From: Candidatus Marinacidobacterium sp.
GTDB lineage: Bacteria > Acidobacteriota > Vicinamibacteria > Marinacidobacterales > Marinacidobacteraceae
DNA length: 64,000 nucleotides
NCBI GenBank assembly: GCA_965220965.1
Contig: OZ244852.1
Location: 2,688,001-2,752,000, forward strand
Reading direction: 5' to 3'
The notes beneath the pieces were generated by a model. The model ran no database searches, was not told the DNA's origin, and saw only the letters and a program-made list of their open reading frames with translations. The translations under genes were made by a program, and so were the position numbers. This document shows, piece by piece, positions 56,229-64,000 of this stretch. Numbering within the stretch: the stretch's first letter is position 1; each line of letters starts with the position of its first letter.

Positions 56229-57578
56229 TCAGGAAGAGGCCGTCCGGAACGAGAGCACCCGGACGGCGTCCTCGCCCCAGACGGCGGCGAGGGGATCGGG
56301 CTCGAGCTGCTGGCCGTGCTCGTCCTCGATCTCCCGATAGAGGATGAGTCGAAGTTCCCGTTCCGGATCGAGCATCCCGTTCGGGTTCACCACCAGCGTG
56401 CGGCTGCCCTCCTCGTAGGTGACTTCCAGCTCGGGGAACGGGTTCTCGTCCGGCTCGTCGTCATAGAGGAGGTCGACCGATGCGTGGAAGCTCTGCTCGA
56501 CCATCCGGTTGGAGAACTGGACGCGGAAGCTGGCGTCCAGCGGGATCTCGCGCTCGCCGTCGAGCGGCAGCGCGAAGACGATCTCCAGCGGACCGAAGTT
56601 CGCCTCGCGCTCCTCGCGCTCGGCGACCCGGATGTCCACCGGCTCGAGGGCCTCGTTCCCCGGGTCGTCGGCCATCTCGATCCGTTCGGCCCGGAGGTAG
56701 ACCTTGCCGTCCGCGAGCCACGGCCGTCCGAAGACCCGGAGCCACTTGTTCGTGTCTCTCCGGCGCTTCGGGTCGAGGCGGAACCCCTGGCCCGCCGGCC
56801 GCATTCCGGTGACCCAGATCGCGTCGGTCGCGGTCTTGAGGACGAAGTCGCGCGGCGTCTTCTTGTCGCGGATGGACAGGTCGCCGTAGAGGTTGTTGCC
56901 GCGGAACTTGCCCACGATCTCGATGCGGTGGCTCAGCCAGGGATCCGGCTCCGCGGTCAGCTCGCCGATGTCCACCGCCGGGACGCTGCCGGCTTCGACC
57001 TTGACGGCGTCGCCGATCTCCATCTCGGCGCGGGCCTCGCGCTCGCGCCTCGTAGCGAGGTCCTCGGTGGCGCGGATCGGGGTGACCGCGACCGCCGCCA
57101 GATAGCCCTCGGTCCGGGTGTCCATCGAGTTCTTCCAGTTGGGGTCGTACGGGTAGTTGCGGAGGACCGGGTGCGACCGGAGCGTGAAGTCGTCCACCAT
57201 CCTCGTTGAGAAGAACCAACCCTCCACTTCCAGGTCGTTCCCGCCGACGAAGGCCAGCTCCGAGCCGCTCATGTAGGACATGGCCATCAGGATCTCGGCC
57301 ATCGGGGCGTCAGGGTCTTCGAACACCTGGACCCGGAAGTCGTTTCCGTAACCGAATCCCAGGCGTCCCCGCACGACGACCGCCCGTTCGTGGTAGCGCG
57401 AAGGCGCGCGGGCCAGATCGGCGACCGTCACCGCCTCCGGCTGGTCGGGGAAGTAGCCGAACTGGGCCGCGAACGCCGCCGCCGCGGTGAGCGCTCCGGC
57501 GCCCAGCAGCCCAGCCGCGGCGGTGCGGATCAGCCGCAAAGATGCTGAAGCGGAGCGGACCTGGCGAACGGCGAACAC
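56229..57578 (-). CDS. Exported hypothetical protein: two OB-fold-like repeats + C-terminal Ig-like (Big_5-like) domain
   Basis: Signal peptide ending AFA|AQ; repeats [23 protein letters not shown] and [23 protein letters not shown]; C-terminal FALPLDGE...VQFSNRM...TLVVNP...IEDEHGQQL. Start uncertain (57578 or 57539). Confidence 0.65.
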   Translation of the reverse strand: MFAVRQVRSASASLRLIRTAAAGLLGAGALTAAAAFAAQFGYFPDQPEAVTVADLARAPSRYHERAVVVRGRLGFGYGNDFRVQVFEDPDAPMAEILMAMSYMSGSELAFVGGNDLEVEGWFFSTRMVDDFTLRSHPVLRNYPYDPNWKNSMDTRTEGYLAAVAVTPIRATEDLATRREREARAEMEIGDAVKVEAGSVPAVDIGELTAEPDPWLSHRIEIVGKFRGNNLYGDLSIRDKKTPRDFVLKTATDAIWVTGMRPAGQGFRLDPKRRRDTNKWLRVFGRPWLADGKVYLRAERIEMADDPGNEALEPVDIRVAEREEREANFGPLEIVFALPLDGEREIPLDASFRVQFSNRMVEQSFHASVDLLYDDEPDENPFPELEVTYEEGSRTLVVNPNGMLDPERELRLILYREIEDEHGQQLEPDPLAAVWGEDAVRVLSFRTASS

Positions 57579-57738
57579 GGCTCTCGCATCGTAGCAGGGC
57601 CGGTACCACCTCTGCCGGAAACCCACAACGGCGGACCCGCCGGCGCGGCGGGCGACTCCGCCGACCGTTCCGGGGGTCGGATGTCCCTGGGATCCGTCAC
57701 AATGAACCCGGTTCGGGAAGGTCCGAACGCCTTCGATC

Positions 57739-58245
57739 GTGCCGGATCCCACCCTGCCCCGGAAGCCGCCGCCCCTGCGCCTGACCCGGGCGCCCGCCGT
57801 GACCGAGGCGGAGCGCCGGCAATTCGAGGCGGCCGTGGCGGATACGCCGTTCCACCCCTCACCGGGAGTGCTGGCGGCGCTGGCGGCGCGCGAGGGGGCG
57901 AGGCGCCCGGTCACGTCGCCCCATGCGCTGTTGCGTGATCTGCAGGCGGGCCGGCGACGGGTGGCGGACGATTGCGAGATCTCGCTGCGGCAACGCACCC
58001 AGGCCGAGGCGCGGGATCTCCTCGAGGGGTTCCTGCGGGCGCGACGGGTGGCGGGGGCGCGTTTCGTGCGGGTGATCCACGGCAAGGGCTACGGCTCGCC
58101 CGGCGGGCGCGCGGTGCTCGCGCAGCGGGTTCCCGAGTGGCTCGCGGCGTGGAAGCCCGAACTGGTGACGGCCTGGGGCGAGGCGCGGCGGGAGGACGGC
58201 GGGTCCGGGGCGCTCTACGTCGTGCTGGCCGGTTCGGAACGCTGA
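57739..58245 (+). CDS. Smr domain protein
   Basis: [18 protein letters not shown]...VPEWL...[11 protein letters not shown] Smr signature; the usual LDLHG reads ISLRQ here. Confidence 0.82.
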   Translation: MPDPTLPRKPPPLRLTRAPAVTEAERRQFEAAVADTPFHPSPGVLAALAAREGARRPVTSPHALLRDLQAGRRRVADDCEISLRQRTQAEARDLLEGFLRARRVAGARFVRVIHGKGYGSPGGRAVLAQRVPEWLAAWKPELVTAWGEARREDGGSGALYVVLAGSER

Positions 58246-58290
58246 CCGGCGAAACGAACCGCCGGGCGCGCCACGCCTAACATTGGCGCC

Positions 58291-59694
58291 ATGAGTGACA
58301 CCCGCGAATTCCTGGACCGGTTCTGGGAGGAGGAAATCCTCCCCTCGCTGAGCGAGTACATCGCGGTCCCGGCGGTCTCCGTGCTGTTCGACGCCGACTG
58401 GGAAGCCAACGGGCACATGGAGGCGGCGCTCGGGCTCGCGACCGCCTTCGTCGAGAAGCATGCTCCGGACGACGCCACGCTCCACGTCGGGCGGATCCCG
58501 GGGCGGACCCCGCTCCTGCTGCTCGACTGCCCGGGCGAGGCCGAGGGCTCGATCCTGATGTACGGCCACCTCGACAAGCAGCCGGAAATGGTCGGCTGGC
58601 GCGAGGGTCTCGGCCCCTGGTCGCCCGTGCGCGAAGGCGACCGCCTCTACGGCCGCGGCGGGGCCGATGATGGCTACGCGCTCTATGCGGCGCTCGCGTC
58701 GCTCAAGGCGGTCGCCCGCGAAGGAAAGAAGCGGGCCCGGGTCCTCGTTCTGATCGAGTTCTCCGAGGAGAGCGGATCCCCCGACCTGCCCGCCTACATC
58801 GAGGAGTTCGCCGGGGTCATCGGCAGCCCCGACCTCGTGATCTGTCTCGATTCGGGGGCCGGGAACTACGACCAGCTCTGGTCCACCAACTCGCTGCGCG
58901 GCATCGTGGGGGGGACGCTGCGGGCCGATGTGCTCACCGAGGGCGTCCATTCCGGGGATGCGGGCGGGGTCGTTCCCACGCCCTTCCTCGTGCTCCGGAA
59001 GCTCCTCGACCGGCTGGAGGACCCGGCGAACGACCGGATGACCCCTCCGTCCCTCCACGTCCCGATTCCGGAGCAGCGGATCGCGCAGGCGGAGGCCGCG
59101 GCCGAGACGCTCGGCCCCGACGCCTTCGACCGGTTTCCCTGGGTCGAGGGCTGTGGTCCTGCGAACCTGCCGATGCGCGACCTGATCCTGAACCGGACCT
59201 GGAGGTCGAACCTGGCGATCACCGGCGCGGGGGGGCTGCCGCCGGTCGAGAAGGCGGGGAACGTCCTGCTTCCGCAGGTGACGCTTAACTTCTCGATCCG
59301 CATGCCGCCGACGTCGGACCCTCACGCCGTCCAGCGCGAGATCCGCGACCTGGTGGAGAAGGATCCGCCGTTCGGGGCGAAGGTGTCCGTCCACTTCCAC
59401 GAGCCGGCGCAGGGATGGAACGCTCCGCCGCTCGCGTCCTGGCTGGACGAGGCTCTCGACGAGGCCTCGAACGAGGCGTTCGGGAAGCCCGCGATCCACA
59501 TGGGTGAGGGCGGCTCGATCCCGTTCATGGCGATGCTCGGCGCCCGGTTTCCGGAGGCGCAGTTCGTGGTGACCGGCGTGCTCGGTCCCGGTTCGAACGC
59601 CCACGGGCCGAACGAGTTCCTCCACGTGGCCTACGCCAAGCGCCTGACCGGGGCGGTGGCCACCGTGATCGCCCGCCACGCCGAGCGCGCCTGA
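58291..59694 (+). CDS. M20/M25/M40 family metallopeptidase
   Basis: [50 protein letters not shown]. Confidence 0.93.
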   Translation: MSDTREFLDRFWEEEILPSLSEYIAVPAVSVLFDADWEANGHMEAALGLATAFVEKHAPDDATLHVGRIPGRTPLLLLDCPGEAEGSILMYGHLDKQPEMVGWREGLGPWSPVREGDRLYGRGGADDGYALYAALASLKAVAREGKKRARVLVLIEFSEESGSPDLPAYIEEFAGVIGSPDLVICLDSGAGNYDQLWSTNSLRGIVGGTLRADVLTEGVHSGDAGGVVPTPFLVLRKLLDRLEDPANDRMTPPSLHVPIPEQRIAQAEAAAETLGPDAFDRFPWVEGCGPANLPMRDLILNRTWRSNLAITGAGGLPPVEKAGNVLLPQVTLNFSIRMPPTSDPHAVQREIRDLVEKDPPFGAKVSVHFHEPAQGWNAPPLASWLDEALDEASNEAFGKPAIHMGEGGSIPFMAMLGARFPEAQFVVTGVLGPGSNAHGPNEFLHVAYAKRLTGAVATVIARHAERA

Positions 59695-59729
59695 CCGGCC
59701 TCCCGGGACACTCCGCTCCGGGACATTCA

Positions 59730-59745
59730 TGGAATGCCGTTTGCT
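59730..59745 (+). promoter_or_regulatory. Sigma54-type -24/-12 promoter upstream of the Gly-Asp repeat gene
   Basis: TGGAATG-CCGT-TTGCT against consensus TGGCACG-N4-TTGCW; GG (59731-32) and GC (59743-44) are exactly 10 nt apart. Confidence 0.6.
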
Positions 59746-59765
59746 TGGTTCGGTTCCGAGCGCAT

Positions 59766-59799
59766 AACGTGAGGCCGGGAAGAACGTGAGACCGGGAAG
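59766..59799 (+). repeat. 17-bp tandem direct repeat in the leader
   Basis: AACGTGAGGCCGGGAAG followed directly by AACGTGAGACCGGGAAG (1 mismatch). Confidence 0.8.
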
Positions 59800-59950
59800 G
59801 ATGATGCCGCCGAGGCCGAAGCAGTCGTTTTCTGTTCCGGCGGGAAGGCTGTGCGCCCCGCGCGAGGGAGACTGGCGCAGGTCGGCCCTCGATCCCCGGA
59901 CGAGGGCGTCCGGCGCCGGATCAGCCTCGGACCCCTTCGGAGCGGCGGAC

Positions 59951-60649
59951 GTGGGACTCCCGCCGCGCTCGATCTGGCGCGCGCTGGTGGCGTTGCTGAT
60001 CCTGTTGGCCCTCGTCAGTTGGAGTTGCGCCGTTGACGGGAATCCGTTGGCGCCGGCGACCCCGACGCCCGCGAACCGGGCGGCGCTGCTCGCCGGCTTC
60101 GCCGCTGGCGGCGGGGATGGGGACGGCGACGGCGACGGTGATGGCGATGGCGACGGAGACGGGGATGGCGACGGAGACGGGGACGGGGACGGTGATGGCG
60201 ATGGAGACGGCGACGGCGATGGGGATGGAGATGGGGACGGCGATGGCGACGGGGACGGCGATGGAGATGGGGACGGAGACGGGGACGGCGATGGAGATGG
60301 GGACGGAGACGGGGACGGCGATGGCGACGGTGATGGCGACGGCGACGGGGATGGCGACGGGGACGGGGATGGCGACGGGGACGGGGATGGCGACGGCGAT
60401 GGAGATGGCGACGGCGATGGAGATGGCGACGGCGACGGAGATGGCGACGGCGACGGGGATGGCGACGGAGACGGGGACGGCGACGGCGATGGAGACGGGG
60501 ACGGCGACGGAGACGGCGATGGTGACGGGGACGGCGATGGAGACGGGGACGGCGATGGTGACGGGGACGGCGATGGTGACGGGGACGGCGACGGCGACGG
60601 GGACGGTGATGGCGACGGCGATGGGGATGGAGACGGCGACGACTGGTAG
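59951..60649 (+). CDS. Exported or membrane-anchored poly(Gly-Asp) protein
   Basis: GTG 59951 after GGAG (in-frame alternatives 59786, 59801, 59804). Hydrophobic segment [19 protein letters not shown] (possible lipoprotein Cys), a short Pro/Ala linker, then (GD)88-D-W-stop. All variation in the tract is synonymous for Gly-Asp. Confidence 0.75.
   Translation: MGLPPRSIWRALVALLILLALVSWSCAVDGNPLAPATPTPANRAALLAGFAAGGGDGDGDGDGDGDGDGDGDGDGDGDGDGDGDGDGDGDGDGDGDGDGDGDGDGDGDGDGDGDGDGDGDGDGDGDGDGDGDGDGDGDGDGDGDGDGDGDGDGDGDGDGDGDGDGDGDGDGDGDGDGDGDGDGDGDGDGDGDGDGDGDGDGDGDGDGDGDGDGDGDGDGDGDGDGDGDGDDW
60113..60640 (+). repeat. 88 x 6-bp GGN-GAY repeat
   Basis: 528 nt of GGN GAY units using all four Gly codons and both Asp codons, with no interruption or frameshift. 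Confidence 0.97.
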
Positions 60650-60664
60650 CGACCTGCCGGGCGG

Positions 60665-61465
60665 TTGGTCGCCGCGGAACCAGGGAGCGGCGCTCCGGCG
60701 CTGGACCACCCGGCGGACACCGGCGCCCGGGAAGGGCGTTCCCCCTCGCCTTTCCTGACCCGGGTGCTCAGCGCCGCGCTGTTCCGTCGGCTCAAGCGAC
60801 GACGCGCTCGTCCCGACGACCCCGCATCAGCCCCGCCGCCAGGGGATTCCCCGAATTTCCTCCGGATCGCTCATGGGATCGATGTGTCGCCGCTGCTTTC
60901 GGAGGTGGCGGCGGCGCCCGACATGTGGCATGCCGACACCAGCCGGCAACGGAAGGTCCGTTGCCAGCGCGACACCCTGAACATCTTCCTGCGCGTGGCC
61001 CGGAAGCCCCTTCCTCCCGGAGCGAAGAACGCCAACGATGTCCATGAGAGCCGGACCGCCCGGTCGGCGGCCATGTTTCCGCGCGCCATGTCCTTCTGTC
61101 GGGAGCTCGCCCGGTCCCGGCGGGCCGAATTGGGCCGCGCCACCCTCGTGTGCCTGAGGCCGGGCGGCTGGGTGCGGCCCCACGTCGACGCCGGCGCCTA
61201 CTACCGGATCCGGGACCGCTTCCACCTCGTCCTGCACAGCCCGGGCGGCAGCCCGCTGACCTCCGGCGGGGACAGCGTCGTGATGCGCGAGGGCGAACTC
61301 TGGGTGTTCAACAACAAGGTGGAACACGAAGCGCGGAATCCCACCGGGGAACCCCGGGTGCACCTCATCTTCGACCTGCTGCCGGCGCCCGGAAGCGGCT
61401 GCTACGCGGCGCTGGCCGGGGAGGCCGGCGCCCGCAGCAGCTTGACCGCCGCGGCCAGCGCGTGA
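60665..61465 (+). CDS. Aspartyl/asparaginyl beta-hydroxylase-family Fe(II)/2-oxoglutarate dioxygenase
   Basis: [15 protein letters not shown]...W; [20 protein letters not shown] (HxD), [25 protein letters not shown] (distal His), RVHLIFD (2OG-binding Arg). TTG start 15 nt after the GD gene stop; true start uncertain. Confidence 0.85.
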   Translation: MVAAEPGSGAPALDHPADTGAREGRSPSPFLTRVLSAALFRRLKRRRARPDDPASAPPPGDSPNFLRIAHGIDVSPLLSEVAAAPDMWHADTSRQRKVRCQRDTLNIFLRVARKPLPPGAKNANDVHESRTARSAAMFPRAMSFCRELARSRRAELGRATLVCLRPGGWVRPHVDAGAYYRIRDRFHLVLHSPGGSPLTSGGDSVVMREGELWVFNNKVEHEARNPTGEPRVHLIFDLLPAPGSGCYAALAGEAGARSSLTAAASA

Positions 61466-62988
61466 GCGGCTGAATCCAGCCGCACCGTGTTGTCGTACGC
61501 CTCGGTGCGCAGCGCGCCCAGGACGCGATCCGGCCGCGAGACGTAGAACGCGTCGGTCTGGTCGCGGAACTGAAGCTGACGCAGCGAGCGTAGTCCGCGC
61601 CGGATCGCGCGTTCGTAGGCGTCGGCCCGGGCGCCGTCGCCCAGCCCCCGGGCCAGCGTCCGGGCGTCCGCCAGCCCCTCCAGATAGGCGCCGGTCGAGG
61701 CCGCGTGCGGCGGTCCGAAGTCGGGTCGCCGCGGGTTGTAGAAGCGCCCCCACAGGTCGGGCGGCAGCTTCCCCCACTGCTGCATCGGGAGGAGCCAGTC
61801 GCTCATCTCCAGCGCGAACTCCGCGAATTCGCGGCGGCCGGACTGCTGGAACAGGGAAACGCACGCCTGCGTGTGCCAGGGGACGAACGCGGGGTTGCGG
61901 GCGCGCCGATGCCGGTCGCGGCAGCGCTCGAAAGCGGCGGCGCAGCGCTCGAGCGAGGGCGCTCCCGGCATCCGTCGGCGCCGGGCCTCCGCCTGGAAGA
62001 GCAGCGCCTCTCCGGAATAGAAGTTCCAGTTCTGCCCTTCGCGCTCCGGGGGGAAGAAGAACGTGCGGAACCCCTCGCGCTCGTCCTCGAGCGAAGCGAT
62101 GCCCCGCGTGAGCATCTCCAGTTCGGAACCGAACTCGCCGGCCGATGGACTCTCCAGGATGGCGAGCGCGGCGAGCGCGGCGGCGCCCAGCTTGGCGCCG
62201 GTCGGCTCCACGATGGCGCCGCGCCCCTCGCCGATGTTCCGGAAGTACCGCTTCAGGTTGAAGCGCAGGTTGCGGCGGGCGGCCTCACGGATTTCGGCGC
62301 TTCCCCGAAACTCGCCCAGCCGCGCCAGCGAGAGGGTCGCGAGGAATCTTCGAATCGCGTTGTCGGCCTCGGACTCCGTTCCTCGGCTCGGCCAGTACTT
62401 GTAGGGCAGCGAGCCGTCAGCCGACTGGTTGCGTAGCATCCACCGGGAGATGCCCTCCGCCAGCAGGCCGGCGCGGTCTTCGTCGGACGCCGGTTCCGGA
62501 GGAACGAGCGTCGCGCCGCGATGGAGCTCCGTCACGTTGCCGGCGCCTCCCGCGACCAGGAACTGTCGGGCGTCGAACGCGCGCAACCTGCCGTGGACGG
62601 CGAACTCCTCCCGGCTTCGGTTGCGCTTCTCGAGATAGCGCTCCAGCGCCCGCTCGAAGCCCAGATTCCCGGCGATCATCCGCGTCGGCGCGATCCGGAA
62701 CGCCTCGCCACGATCCACGATTTCCATGCCGAGCAGCCCGCGCGCCCGGTGGAGGAAGACCCGGCGCTCCCGCTCCGGCGCCACCGGACGCGGCGCCTCG
62801 GCGAGGCAGACCTCGATGACTTCGCCGGGTTCCGCTCCGACCCGGCGGGACAGGTCATCGAGGCCGGCGCCGGGAATCCAGCCGCTGCGCCGGGCCCGGC
62901 CGCCCCTTCGGATGCAGAACCAGGTGGAGGCTCCGCGCTGGGCCGGCTCCTTCACCGGATCCTCCCGGCGCCGGTTCCCCGTGGTCAC
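61402..62988 (-). CDS. Uncharacterised protein with a probable (alpha/alpha)-barrel domain (terpene cyclase / six-hairpin-like)
   Basis: [81 protein letters not shown]; QW-like helical repeats. Its 3' end overlaps the hydroxylase by 64 nt. Confidence 0.65.
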   Translation of the reverse strand: MTTGNRRREDPVKEPAQRGASTWFCIRRGGRARRSGWIPGAGLDDLSRRVGAEPGEVIEVCLAEAPRPVAPERERRVFLHRARGLLGMEIVDRGEAFRIAPTRMIAGNLGFERALERYLEKRNRSREEFAVHGRLRAFDARQFLVAGGAGNVTELHRGATLVPPEPASDEDRAGLLAEGISRWMLRNQSADGSLPYKYWPSRGTESEADNAIRRFLATLSLARLGEFRGSAEIREAARRNLRFNLKRYFRNIGEGRGAIVEPTGAKLGAAALAALAILESPSAGEFGSELEMLTRGIASLEDEREGFRTFFFPPEREGQNWNFYSGEALLFQAEARRRRMPGAPSLERCAAAFERCRDRHRRARNPAFVPWHTQACVSLFQQSGRREFAEFALEMSDWLLPMQQWGKLPPDLWGRFYNPRRPDFGPPHAASTGAYLEGLADARTLARGLGDGARADAYERAIRRGLRSLRQLQFRDQTDAFYVSRPDRVLGALRTEAYDNTVRLDSAAHALAAAVKLLRAPASPASAA

Positions 62989-63016
62989 GGCGCCTGCGGG
63001 TTCCGGACTTCCGGGG

Positions 63017-64000
63017 TCAGTCGGGGGCGCCGACCAGAATCCCCGAGGGCGTGGACGCGGCGGCGTCGCCGTCCGCCGGCGCCCGGATCGGCCGGTCCCG
63101 CTCGCTGTCGACGACGCACAGGAAGCCGAACGGCTTCTTCGTCCGGTTGACGAGCTGATGGACCTCCAGCGGGCCGACGGTGGCCAGATCGAGCGGCCGG
63201 AGCGGCATCTTGCGTTCGCCGACCTGAAGCACCCCTTCCCCCCGCGCGCCGATCACCACATGGGTGTGGACGTGTCGCTCCAGGCTGGTGTAGCCCCCCG
63301 GCTCGACCTCGAAGTAGCGGACGTGGCAGCGGGTCCGTTCACCGAACTTGCCGACCAGCTCGACCCGCCGCACGCCCCGGAACGCGAGATCGGTCGCGTC
63401 CTTGTAGGGCGAACTGGCGCGGCCCTCCCATTGCCCGTCGCCCAGGAACGCCAGCCGGCGCGGCCCGGGAAGTTCGGGCGGCAGGGCGGGCTCCGGCGCG
63501 ATCGCGACTTCGGGGAATTCCTCCCGGAGAGCCCCCAGCAGTTCCCGCGTTCCGGCTTCCACCCCGGCGGGATGGGTCAGGAGGGCGCCGCCGATCAGCA
63601 GCACCGAGTCCGGGCCGTAGCGGCGGGCGACCTCCGGGACTTCGGCCACCCCCATGCCTCCCGCCGGAGCGGGCCACGCCGGGGCCAGACTCCCGAGGTC
63701 GGTCCGCAGCGCCCGGACGATCGAGTCGCACGCCGCCTCCGGGTAGCGAAAGCGGCCGCCGCGGTCCGGGAAGACCACGACATCCGCGCCCGCCAGCCGG
63801 AAGAGCGTCCCGAGCAGCACTCCCGCGTCCATGCCCCCGGGGTCCCCGTGGGTCGCGGCGCCGGTGAGCGACGGGTGCGCCATGAAGATGAGCGGGTACC
63901 GCGCCGCCAGGTTCCGGACGGCGTCGAGGCCGACGAGCATCGGGCAGACGAGGACGCCGGGGAGCCCCGCCTCCGCCACGAACTCGACGTACCGCTCGAT
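63017..64000 (-). CDS. RuBisCO-like protein (form IV) C-terminal half fused to a cupin domain (5' part outside the window)
   Basis: IFMAHPSLTG, LFRLAGADVVVFP...GGRF, PAPAGGM, YGPDSVLLIGGALLTHP (RuBisCO barrel). A Pro-rich linker follows, then a cupin: VRYFEVEPGGYTSLERHVHTHVV...GEG...HQLVN...PFGFLCVVDSERDRP. Frame open to 64000. Confidence 0.88.
   Translation of the reverse strand: MERYVEFVAEAGLPGVLVCPMLVGLDAVRNLAARYPLIFMAHPSLTGAATHGDPGGMDAGVLLGTLFRLAGADVVVFPDRGGRFRYPEAACDSIVRALRTDLGSLAPAWPAPAGGMGVAEVPEVARRYGPDSVLLIGGALLTHPAGVEAGTRELLGALREEFPEVAIAPEPALPPELPGPRRLAFLGDGQWEGRASSPYKDATDLAFRGVRRVELVGKFGERTRCHVRYFEVEPGGYTSLERHVHTHVVIGARGEGVLQVGERKMPLRPLDLATVGPLEVHQLVNRTKKPFGFLCVVDSERDRPIRAPADGDAAASTPSGILVGAPD

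Noticed and set aside
60113-60640. Possible CRISPR array or assembly-artefact microsatellite
   Set aside because: The period is 6 bp with no spacers and no cas genes nearby. Heterogeneous third positions argue against a pure slippage artefact, although the exact length needs long reads.
60033-60758. Alternative-frame ORFs over the repeat (MATATGTE-rich on +, VAIPV-rich on -)
   Set aside because: In these frames the variable bases fall at non-synonymous positions and give a random residue mix; only the GD frame (and its SP mirror) is invariant.
57859-60795. 978-aa minus-strand ORF with (Ser-Pro)n
   Set aside because: Antisense shadow of the GD gene and the M20 peptidase. Its codons are limited to TCN/CCR as forced by GGN-GAY, and the remainder has no recognisable domain.

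Overview
64 kb of very GC-rich, gene-dense bacterial chromosome. The gene families point to Acidobacteriota (inference): CarboxypepD_reg-type TonB-dependent receptors, a GWxTD protein, a VWFA-related acidobacterial protein and a CRTAC1/FG-GAP protein. Most of the window is housekeeping or envelope genes: topA-xerC, serS, eno, dgt, pncB with a long nicotinamidase, moaB/moaD/moaE, thiD, a Gld-like ABC system, a TRAP transporter, a sigma54 two-component system, an MrfAB/YprAB-type helicase-exonuclease pair and a VapBC toxin-antitoxin module. There are five tRNA genes: Ser-TGA, Gln-CTG, Ser-GCT, Sec-TCA and Ala-GGC. No CRISPR array, rRNA, transposase or prophage was seen. The most unusual locus is at about 59.7-63.0 kb. 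A sigma54-like promoter precedes an exported or membrane-anchored protein made mostly of 88 uninterrupted, synonymously diversified Gly-Asp repeats. It is followed 15 nt later by an Asp/Asn beta-hydroxylase-family Fe(II)/2OG dioxygenase, with a convergent, overlapping (alpha/alpha)-barrel-like enzyme. This is a candidate system for making a ribosomally encoded, post-translationally hydroxylated polyanionic metal-binding polymer. Other notable items are a RuBisCO-like protein fused to a cupin (MTA-isoprenoid shunt type), a TonB receptor whose only canonical start codon upstream of its signal peptide lies inside a tRNA-Ser gene, a probable CTG-initiated dctQ, and repeated leaderless-gene architecture. 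All product calls come from motif recognition by eye; no database searches were run.
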